DNA of 64,000 bases, from contig NW_024704742.1 in assembly GCF_018977255.1 (NCBI RefSeq), positions 93,250,001 through 93,314,000 on the forward strand, given 5' to 3'. The DNA comes from Callorhinchus milii. Its lineage: Eukaryota. The first letter of the stretch is position 1, and each line of letters opens with the position of its first letter. A model generated the notes under the pieces. The model ran no database searches and was not told the origin of the DNA. It saw only the letters and a list, made by a program, of their open reading frames with translations. Of the stretch, positions 39,676 through 51,600 are shown piece after piece. Made by a program: the position numbers and the translations under genes.

Positions 39676-42600
39676 CTAATTAAAACATATGAAAGGAAAA
39701 AGAAAGCAAAATAATTGGTCATGTTAGCCAATTTAATACCTAATTTTAGCAGGGCTTTATTATCAGTTTAAAACACCTTTATTTATTGCTCAAAACTAGC
39801 CTGAAGTTTTAACAAAAAAAATCATACTATCCTAATCTTATAATAATCCTTGCATTTGATACAGAGCCTTTCATGCCAGGAGGATGTTTCAAAAGTACTT
39901 CACAGGATTTACTATAAAGTGTATTGACTGTGCATTTTGTAGGTAAGCACAACAGCCATAACAGCTGCTGTGCCATGAAGTATTAGGGTACGTGTTTCTG
40001 CCCACGATTCCTTGATTTCAAGCATGCTGTTGGGGAACTTGTGAGCAGAGACTAGATGCTCCTGTCATAGGGAGAGAAGTCACCTTGAGCTGTGCTCACA
40101 CCTCAAAATAGAACATTCACACATATAACCCTCAATACATAGACGTGGATACTTTCCACCCTTTAAGATGTGAATCTCTCCCTTATATTGTAGATATTGC
40201 ATTGATACAACATATCGCAAACTGTAGGTACATCATTAACAAACAGTTCAAACAAAAATCAGAGTAAAGTCTGAAAGGAGTACTAATTTCTTTATATAAA
40301 AAAAGGACTTCACAGACATCTAAAATTATTGCTCTAAGGGGCAGAGGCTGAAATTAAATAATATGCACAAGACTGCAGTACCTATATTCAAATATATTAC
40401 TACCTGCACTGGATGGATATGAAGCCATCTGAAGTGGCACGCCTTGAGTCAATACCGTATTACTGCCATCCCTCTTCTGCAAGTACTTCATGTCTAAGCC
40501 AACTGATTCCCTGAAACAAAGCAGGATTTTTTTCCCAATTAAATCAATCTGTCGTTAGTTACATCAAAGAGTTAGTCTACAGAATTATAAAAATACTTTA
40601 TTTTCAAAGATTCTACTTTATCCAATTTTACAAAATGCAACATCAAACATAGTTATTTTCACATCCCTGAGAAAGTGGAGAACACAGCCTCCCCACCCCC
40701 CACCTTGCCTCCCCATTCTTTGGTTTACTGCTTTTCAATTCATGTTGAGGATGATAGGGATCTAAGGTGAACCACCTGTAACTGAACTTATCACTTTCTC
40801 CCCTTCAAACCGTCAATAGTCTCCTTATATGGTGAGATTTTTATTCCAGCAAATAAACTCACCAGAAGTTTCACTGTACAGCTTCCCTACAATTAGCAAA
40901 ATCAGGCTCACAGCCAATATCTAATCCTCTGTAAATTTATCATGTGTTTCATCATTGTTCAAGGAGAGATAAAGACTGCCACACCTCCAGTATGACAGGT
41001 TACAGGGAGTAGCCAGCCCCATTGAGTTTGGGAATTGACTGATAATTCAGACCAGCCTGAGAGCCCATTAGATACTATCTGATTCTGAAAAAGTTCAATA
41101 TTGACTGGTTATTCCTGTGTGTGTCAACAGATGGGCCCAGTGACAGTAAAGGAGGAGGGTTCCAGGTTTAATGTTAAAGTCAGGTTATTCACTATAGAGA
41201 AACTTTGCATTGATGAAGATTTATTAAATGTTTAATATGTGTGTGTATATATATGTCTAATGTATATCTAATGGAGGGCTTTGAAAAAAAACTCTACCAT
41301 GACTTTATTTTAATGTTGGATTCCAACTATTTTTAAAGCCCTATCTGTAGAACAATTTATAAGGTTAGCATTTTAAATGGCCAATACAGAGTGCATTTTT
41401 AAGCTGGTTTATAATAACCTTTTTCCCAGGTCTCAGCCAAAAGTCTCAGCCAAAGGTTCCATTGTGCTAACCTCTATAAAAAAAACTCAATAAGATGAAT
41501 TGCTGATAAGATGCATGTTGTTTGCCCCCCACAAGTTTACAGTAAGGTTTGACTATATTTACACACTCGACTGGAACGTAGAAGAAAGTTTCCCTATATA
41601 TTTTATGTACTTGCATAAAGAATGCAGTTAAGAATTTGGTTTTACAAATGATAAATCAGTGATTTAAATTGAATGCAAGATACTAATCTACAAATTGTTT
41701 TTTACTAAATTAAGGAAAGAAAAACTTCAGTAGACCTTACAGGAATTAATTCCCTTGCTCTGTCAAACTATTGGTCGCTTGTTCTCCTGCAACCTTAGGT
41801 GAAATACTGCCTTTGCCATTACAATTTGAGCCATATAAAACCGTAAACAATCACGGTGAAATTACCAGTGAAATTAATATTCCAACTTCAAAATGGAACC
41901 TCTCCTGCACACATTATAAATGTACTCCAAACTCTAACATATCTTGGGGGTGCAGGAAAAAATGTTTTAAGGCTTTTAATTAATCTTTATATACTCTTAG
42001 AATGTAACCTACCTACAATCTTTTCATAAAGTTGTTTGTTTTAATGACTAGTTTAGGGCCTTTGATAGAGTACATGTGCTAATTAATACCATTTCATATT
42101 TTCGTGGAAAGATTTCACTCCTCTGACAACAATAAAGACTACAGTCTCCCTCAGACACCTGCTTATCTCAAGGCTGAGAAACGCGCAGGATGGAGAAGGC
42201 TGCCAAAACAAAAAAGGTGACCATCTCTCTTTCTCCCCATCAGTTCTTTCCCCATGGGAAAACAGCCTGCTCAAGGTCACTAGCAACTTAAGAAGGGTGG
42301 GGGCTTACTTCATTTTTTTCAAAGGAAAAACTAGAGACAAAGGAACTATCTTGCAAAAGATGAAATGGGTATAAGGTCATCTACCAACTGCATGAAGAGA
42401 AACCGATTCAGGAAGAGAATCAGAAGAGTCAGGGAGTTGGAACTTGGAATTACAAACCATACTGCAGCTTCTAAAGAAGGAAGATCAAGACTAAGATGGC
42501 AGTCAACAACTTTATTGACGTTCTCCAGTTGGCAGCAGTACAGTAGTATCTGGATAACTTTTGGGTGATCGAACAGGCAACAGTACAGCAGTACCCAGAT

Positions 42601-45600
42601 ACCTTTTGGTGGATTAAATTGGACATTACGCCTCCATCTCTTCTGCAACATTTGGTTTGGCCAACCTTAATCGTTGTGAACAGTACGTGGATATATAAGG
42701 ATTATTCTGTTGTATTCTTTTAACTACCTATAACCATTAAATATAATCTTTTTAATGTAAGAGTTATGCCAGTCTTTACTTCACTGTAGAGTTAAAATTG
42801 ACAAATGTTCTTTCCTCTTTAAGCTGCTGGGATACACTTCTATAGGTGTCACCTGCTTTCTGCAACTTGCTGAAGACAGCATGACTTCTTTAAAAAAAAT
42901 TCTATCAAATATCTCCCAATGGCATATGCCTCCCTGCTGCTGGTTTGGTCTCCTCTTGCTGGGGTGCAGTTCCACAGGTTGTCTTACAATGGCGACTTGG
43001 CTGATTGTCTTACTCCATCCAAGAAGCCATCGTTCATATGTGGGGTTTGGCAGTGGCCATGACTCGACTGTAGAGGGCATCACAGCTGAGCCTAACCTCT
43101 CCTCACCACTTGCCATACATGCACGCAACCAGCTTGAGGCTAGACAGCAACCATCCTTCAGGAGTGTAAGGCTTTCTTGGCCATGCATAAGTAGAAAGCA
43201 GGACTACAGAGTACATATTTAGTTAAAAAATTATGTTCCTTCACAGTTGTGTAAAATTTATTACTAATAGCAATTTTCAGTTTCCAAATAAAATTGCAGG
43301 ATTCTGTATGAAATGCAGAGGTAAAAATTGGGAAAATATGAATCGAGCCCCAAAGACAACATATACATTTTGTTTCCACACTTTTTTTTTGCAGTTTTGG
43401 GCCTGTTCTGGGCAGAATACAAAAAAGCAGCCATAATCACAAATTCTGATTTGCAATTTGTTGCAAAACCATTTCTCAGGAGAAAGCAAAAAAAAGTTAT
43501 TAGTTCAGTGGCTTTGCAAACATCGGATTTTCCATATCATATGATTTGATTGTCAATCAATTGATTGTGAACTCTGAACAACTACAAAACAGATTGTAAA
43601 AATTACAGAGAAGCTACCCAGTTTTATAGACATTAAGTCTATAAAACTGGGTATAATCTTACAGTAGTCAATACATACATCTTTGTAGAGGCTGCTGTCA
43701 TAGTTGGTGTCGAAGTCGAAGGGACTGCTTTGGAGTCACATACAGGAGAACTTGTGGAATTTGACACCATTGGATTAAAGTGCACCTATAAGATTTTCAG
43801 ATCATCTGTCAAACAGTATCACTTCATTTTTGTTACAAAACCCACTTTGGTTCGTTCCATTTTACCATGTTAGGTGCAACTATTAATCGAAATGTATACT
43901 TTGCCAATCATTTCACACATGCTACAAAATTCAATGTATCAAAATTACTTTTTGTCAACTTTTAATAAATATTTACACAATGTAGCAACTTATATTAAAG
44001 CATCCCAAAGGAGTATATTCTTAAGTGCAGTAAAGGGTTGTTTAGCTAAACTCAGCAAGTAATCCCTACCAGCAATTCTTAACAATGAATGACAAAACAT
44101 AACGTTTTTGGTGAATTTAGACAAGGGAGCAATACTGGCCATGAGACATCCCTGCTCCTTAAAATAGGCGAATTCTTTTCGAACATCCACTTGATCTAAC
44201 AGAATAAACAGTCTTAACATTTACATCACTTCTTAACAAAGCAGAACTGCTTCACAGTACACTGCCAGCCTAGATTATGAACTCAAATCTTGGATATAGG
44301 GCTCAAACCTACAAACTTCGATTCCGACAGTTGTGTGTGCATTCAAGTGCTACTTTGGGATTTTGAGCTCATATTTGTCTACGGTAACACTACAACGCAA
44401 TCCTGGAGGTGGGGTGCTTTGTTGGAAGTCCCGTCCTTCAGAGACAGTAAACCAGTGATTGGCAACCTGCGGCCCACGAGCTGGAAGTGGATTGTGGGGC
44501 CGTCATGAAGCACCCTGCCCTGAACAGTCGCATGATGTTTTATTGGCTGACCATAAAGGTTGGCCACCACTGGGTTAAACCAATGTCCTGTCTACCTGTT
44601 CAGATAGAAATTAAAGATCCTAGGAGATTATTCAAAGAGAAAAGCTAGTTTTTCCCAGTGTCCTCGCCAACAATCACCCAAATAAAATTGTTGAATCATT
44701 TCATGGCAGTTTGTGGGTATTGCTGCAAGCAAAGTGTCTGCCAGGTTTGCCGACAAAATACATAGTTACTGCACTTTAAAGAATATACTGTCAAGTGCTT
44801 TGAGATGTTCTAAAAGATGCCATATCAAATCCAAGGATTAATTATGATTATTAATACGGTTTGAAACAATTTAATACACTTCAGCACATTTAAGGGTTTG
44901 ATTGACATGACAGAAAAGGATGAATAATAGTTTATAAAAAAAATGTAAAAATAGCCTGCCTGCAGACCACGTCCTGGCACACGAGGAATCAGGGATGCAG
45001 TATTCGTTCGTATAGTAGGAACAAAGATCTTAGAATAATTATCTGAAGCCAAAGCAGAAGAGACAGGATGCGGCATTGGGAGAGAGAAAGGAGTGCTGTA
45101 CAGAGCCTGCTGAAAAATGAAAAGCAATATCCATACATTACTGGCAATTAACATATGTGATCTTTGAAAACCACAACACTTTCACAATTGCAAAATACTA
45201 GCATTAAATACCCATTAACTGTAATTGATCTTTGTGCAGCATTTTTAATCTAAATAAAGTCCGGATAGAATTCTCACCCATGAGCTAGAATCGGGGGGAG
45301 GGGGAAAATAATTCCACTCAAATTCTGAGTATTTAGATTTTTCAAAATAAAATTTAAGTATGTTTGGTTAGGTGTAAAACAATCTGGCTCAGCATCTTTT
45401 CTTGGGAAGGAGGCAGGGGAATAATTAACAGGGTTTCTGTTCCTGATTCCCAGCGCCTTGGGACATCCTCCCGACGTGAAAGGCGTTATACAAGTGGAAT
45501 CTTGTTGTTGTCGTTGATTGGTCAGGTGCCCCTCATACATAAACAGTCATTGGGAAATAATGAGCTTGAAAAAGTTCACAAATGGATTCACTAATAGCTA

Positions 45601-48600
45601 CTCAGATTCACTTACAGGGATCCCTGGCAGTATCTGGGTTAGCAGTATGTCACAGCCAAACTTAGGCTACAATTCCACAGGTACCAACCACCCTCCACTT
45701 CTGCCAAATGACCATTACTCATGTGATACTAGACCGTGAAAATTGGCAGAATAACAACAACTTGTATTTATATAACGCCCTTCCGTGGGGTTGCGTCTGG
45801 AGAGCTTCTTCAATGTTCCAGCAGGAGTCACTGGATGATGATCAGGAATCAGAACCAAGGCAAATTATCTCTCCTGCTCTCTCAACTCCCCCTCTCTCCA
45901 AGTCCATTAGGAAGAATATTCAACTATGTCTCTTTACGACTCAGCCCAATATGTCCTCACCTGTCATCTACATACTCGCTTCCATGAGGGGTTTTCATAT
46001 CTACCAGGAGCAGGCACCCTGGCTGATATCCCTCTCTGAAACCAGGGCTGCTTAAACCAATTGGCAAGTCCTGAAGCTCTTAAACCAAACAGATCAGGAA
46101 TGTCCTAGTTTCCATCTCCAATTTATTCTGAGTTATCTAATCTTTGTTGGACAATCTAAGAGCACATTTCAATCAACCTAATGGCCTTGAAGTGAAAGGG
46201 AGGGGGAATGAGAGGAGAGCTAATTTGTCTTGTTCTGACTCCTGCTGGAACATGTACGTGTTGGAAATGCTGAATGAGACAGCACCAGGTTTTGTTGTGA
46301 TTATGCCACACACAGATAAATAATCCACTGCTGGTCAATGCCGAAGCTCATTCATGAACAATGGCATCTTTGAAAGTGATATTACTTTAAAGGACAATTA
46401 AAAAAGAGCCATTGAGATAAAGACAGGAAGTACATTGGGATTGGAACAAATTTGTGTTGTTATGGTTAATGGATGGGAGTGTTTTGAGTAGAGAATAAAG
46501 AAACCTATGATCCCACCCCTGCTTTGAATTGCATATTATTACTGGAGAATTGCTAGCATTTATGGAACTCTATCCTAACCTGAATTAACATCTCAGAAAG
46601 GGAGAGAAAACTAAGTTACCACAAAGCTAAAAACAATTTAAAGCCATTAAAAAAAACACTTCAACATTCTTATTACCGTTTTAGTCCAAATTAATTATAT
46701 TCTCTTCCCCCCTCCCCTCATTAGAGCTGCAAATGCAAATCTTACACCACATTTTAAGAGACTTGTTTGTCTTCACATTTTAAAATCTGTGTGATCTGTA
46801 GTCACATAGTAATGCGTTACGCCACTTACCAGACTGTTTTGTACAACACCAGGCCTCGACAAATTGCCACTGGATATTGTTGATGGATCAAATGAGCCCG
46901 GTGTCCCTTGCATTGAAGCAAGTTTATTCTCATTCAGTTGCTTATTCAACCAGGATATTACTGTGATGAATAAATACAAGTACCTTGTTAAAAATATTTT
47001 AAAGTAAAACAGCAGAATCTATAGCTTTTAAATGCTCTTCTCTCCCAAACAGTGTTGCAGTTTCAGAAGCAAAGTGCAAGCTTCAGGGAATCATTGGACA
47101 CCAGATTTAACACCTTTTACCCGAGTAAACACACAACACTGAAGTTTTATTAGCATCAGCTCACAAAGCACGGTCACATAAAATCTCATAATCCAAATCT
47201 TCTATCAATACATATTTAAAATGTTAAGACTTTCAGGAATGTCCACTTTCTAGGATACGTCCATAACTTAAAGAACAAATTGAGTTGGACCAAATCATCT
47301 TCCTCTCCCAGACCACAGGCTCTATGTTACACAATACAGGTAACATTCACCCATGTTGACAATCACATTTTGTTCAGAAAAATACTTTCCTTTGGCTTTA
47401 TTATAATGCTTACAATAAATACAGTGCCTTTCCCATCAGGAGGATGGCTCAAAGAGCTTCACACGATATATCTATTCTTTTTTCTTTTACAGCATGTCTC
47501 ATTCCTTTTTTCCTCATGTCCATTTTATTTTTCATCCTGTACCAGAAACAATTCTGATCTATGCTCTATTAATACTGTAGATCAGAATATCCATACCCCT
47601 GACTGTCCAGCGCCTTGGGACATCCTCCCGACGTGAAAGGCGCTATCCAAATGAATGATGCAAACTGATGCAACTAATACAGTTGTACAGAGATATTATA
47701 ATGCTGTCCAATGTCTCGAGGGCTGTCTTAAAGTGAGGCATCAACAAAAATGGTTGAATTCTAGTTTGCCAGGTTGCTGCGGACTTCATGTCCTGACCCC
47801 TGCACATGCACGCTATGCACAAGAAGCATCGCTGATGCACAAGATATTAGCAACATTTCCTGCACAAGAGACTTGAAGGGGTATGGCGATACAGCAGGAG
47901 AGTGGGATTGAATGCAACTTGCTCCAAGAGCTGGTGCAGACTCAATGAGCCAAATATTTTCCTCCAGTGCTGTGAATTTCTATGATTCTATAATTATCAG
48001 CTGTATAGAGCGTTAGTCAGACCCCCATATGGAGTACTGCGTTCAGTTTGGGGCACCTAATTATAAATAATAATAATAATCCTTGCATTTGATATAGCAC
48101 TTTTCACGGCTTCTCGACATCTCAAAGTGCTTCACAGAAGACTGTAAAGTGAATTGACTGTATATTTGTGGGAGAAATACGGCAGCCAATTGTGCACAGT
48201 AGTGTCCCACAAACAGTCGTGGATTGAAAATGACCATTACCATATATTGGCCCTGGAGGGGGTACAACACAGGTTCACCAGAATGTTACCAGGCTTAAAA
48301 AGGGTTAAGTTACAAGGAAAGGCTGCGTAAACTTGGACTGTATTCCATTGAGTTTAGAAGGTTAAGGGCTGATTTGATTGAGGTATTTAAGATGATAAAG
48401 GGATTTGATAGGATAGATACAGTGAAGCTATTTCCTCTGATGGGGAATCCCAAACAAGCGGGCATAGTCTTAAAATTAGAACCAGACCATTTAAGAGTGA
48501 AATCAGGAAGCATTTTTTCACTTGGAAGAAATCTGGAACTCTCTCCCCCGAAAGGCCGTGGATGCTGGATGCAGAGCAAAACCTTGGGTACTTACTCCAC

Positions 48601-51600
48601 ACGCCTGATAATAATCCCTCCAAAACAATAATAAATTGGTCATTTTCAATCCATGACCGTTTGTGGGACATTGCTGTGCGCAATTGGCTGCCGCGTTTTG
48701 CCCACAAATCTATGGTCAATTCACTTTACAGCATATTCTGTGAAGCGCTTTGAGACATCTAGAAGACTCTAAATAAAATGCAAGGATTATTATTATTATA
48801 TCCACACCTTCAAGAGTGAGGTTGATAGATATTTGGCAGGTCAGGATATTAAGGGATGTGGGGAGAAAGCAGGAAATTGGAATTGAAATAATTAGTTGAG
48901 GAACAGATCAGCCATGATCTAATTAAATGGCAGAAGGGCTGAATGGCCTCCTCCTGTTCCCATGTTCCTAAGAAATGACAACCTGGAAGTTAATAATAAT
49001 AATCCTTGCATTTGATACAGCACTTTTCAGGTCTTCTAGACATCTCAAAGCGCTGCCGGGAATCAAACCCAGGTTTCTCACTTGCAAGGCAAGTGTCCTG
49101 TAGCTCAGTGGTTAGAGCACTCACTTTGCAAGTGAGAGACCTGAGTTCAATTCCAGGCAGAGGGCGAAACCTTGGGCAAGTTTCCTTACTCCACACACCT
49201 AATAATAATCCCTCCAAAACCAAAAACAATAATAAATTGGTCATTTTCAATCTACGACTGTTTGTGGGACATTGCTGTGCGCAATTGGCTGCTGCGTTCG
49301 CCCACAAATATACAGTCAATTCACTTTACAGTGTGTTCTGTGAAGCGCTTTGGGACGTCCTCCTGACGTGAAAAGCGCTATATCAAATGCAAGGATTATT
49401 ATTATTATTATAAGGCGAGTGCTCTGAAAACTGAGTTGCAGGACTCCACAAGTTGCCCATTTTTAGTGCAAAAAGCCAGCTAGTGAGTGGCAGAAGTTGG
49501 GTTTACTGCAAATCCACAGAACACCTATGCTAAAAGCAAAGCAATGCTACATCAAAAAGCACTACAATGAGGTTCCTCTGTAAAGTGCAACAGCTATATT
49601 TACACCAAAGAGAATGATCACAGGATTGGTCTGAAGAAGGCTTTTTAGCTCATCACTTCAACCACCTATTTTATCAATCCCCCACCCATCCCATCACTGC
49701 ATCAAGCTGCTTTTTAAACAAATCTAGTCTCCTGGCCTCTAACTCCTTTCCTGGTAAGCTTTTCCAGAGGGTAATCAACATCAAGAGAAACTTCCTGGTA
49801 TCTGTCCTGAAGTTGCCTTTTCAATCCCATTTCAAATGTTGTACACCTCTGTGAGGACCCCTCTTCTCTCAAGACTAAAGAACCTTAGCTTCTCTTGTCA
49901 TTGTTCATAGCTCATTCGTCTAAATTAGATAATTCTTGTTACTCTCCTCTCCACCACCTCCACAGCCCCTTTATGTCGTGGTGACCAGAACTGTATTCAA
50001 GGTGTGGTCTGACAAGAGCAATGTACAGAGAATGGTGTCTGGGAATCTAAACTCAACTGAACGCACGGTAATCCAGTCAACAACTAACTCCGCTCTGCGC
50101 TAACTTCACTAAGCCGGTCTAAAAGACCTTGTAAAAGGCCATGCCGTGCCATGCACTCCCATCACACACTGAACTATTAGTGAAGAAGCATTTGCATTCT
50201 TGCGCATACAAAGCCAGTCCACTTTGTCACAGCAAACAGCTTCTCCTCCAGCCCCCGCACTCTCTCGTACGGTGTTCCTCAGGACTCTGTTCTTGATCCC
50301 CTCCTCTTTACCCTCTACATGTTCCCCCTTGGTGAAATCATCCACAGACATGGGGTAAATTTCCACAATTATGCAGATGACACCCAACTCTATCTCTCTG
50401 CCTCCACTCTCAACTCCAGGACTACTGGTGTCCTGACCGACTGTCTGTCTGACATCAAGTCCTGGACGAGGGACAACCTTCTCCAACTCAACGTCAGCAA
50501 GACCGAGGCCCTCCTGATTGGCTCGTGGCAGCGCCTCCACACCTCGGGCGCTGGCAGCATCAGCCTCCACGGCTGCACACTCAACCTCACTAAGCCAGTC
50601 AGGAACCTGGGTGTCTTGTTTGACCCTGAACTGTCCTTTCTCCCCCACATCCGCGCCATGACCGGCACTGCCTACCACCACCTCCTCAACATTGCCAGAC
50701 TCTGCCACTGCTCACCCCTCAGGCTGCCGAAACCCTCACCCACGCATCCATCACCTCAAGGCTCGATTACGGAAACTCCCTCCTCATCGGCCTTCGTAAC
50801 TGTTCCCTTCACAAGCTGCAGATCATCCAAAACTCTGCAACACGTGTACTCTCCATGACCCCATCACTCCCACCCTCGCCCGAATCCTCTGGCTCCCCAT
50901 CCCTCAGAGGATCGAGTTCAAGATCCTCGTCCTCACTTTCAAGGCCATCCATGGCCTTGCCCCTCCTACCTGTGACCTGCTGACTCCCTACCAACCTGCC
51001 CACTCCCTCCGTTCAGCGGGCTCCGGCCTGCTCCATGTCTCCCACCCGACCATCAGTGGCCGGGCTTTCAGCCTCTCTGTCCCCACACTCTGGAACTCCA
51101 TCCCACGGTCCCTTCGCATCGCTTCCTCCCTTGCATCCTTCAAGGCCGGTCTCAAGAACCTTCTCTTCAACCATGCCTTTGGTCTCCCTCCCACCTCTCT
51201 GCCTTCCCTCACCCCTACACCACTCCTTCCCCATGCTCAGGCCCGACACCTGACTGTTCAGCACTTTGGGACATCCTCCTGACATGAAGGGCACTCTACA
51301 AATGTAATTTTGTTGTTGTGTACATATTTAAAGAATTCAATCCTTATTTGCATTCCAATTCTTGCATTTGAAATAAAACAAAATGTAAAGAACCTGGCCA
51401 AACTGTGAAGCAAAGTCAGGTCGCATTCCTACATATATACAAAAAGATTTCAAGCATTCATAAAACTTACCATTTTCATTTGTCTTTAGAAGTTGCTTGC
51501 TCTCTTCCAATTTTTGGACTGTGGCTTCAAGGTGCTCTTGCTGTTTAGACATCTATTAAGAATAAACTTTTTTATTTCAAAAAATCTTTTCCTCAATATT

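Larger units (their letters stand above)
48003..48972 (+). mobile_element. CR1-type LINE 3' fragment interrupted by two SINEs
   Basis: [10 protein letters not shown] and [17 protein letters not shown] motifs; tail gctgaatggcctcctcctgttcc. Confidence 0.85.

Noticed and set aside
41740..41830. Possible extra SASS6 exon ending cct|gtaagg
   Set aside because: No convincing acceptor or SAS-6 similarity, and it is not needed for the frame.
42781..43222. 135-aa and 113-aa ORFs in SASS6 intron 15
   Set aside because: No recognisable homology; exons 15 and 16 already join in phase.
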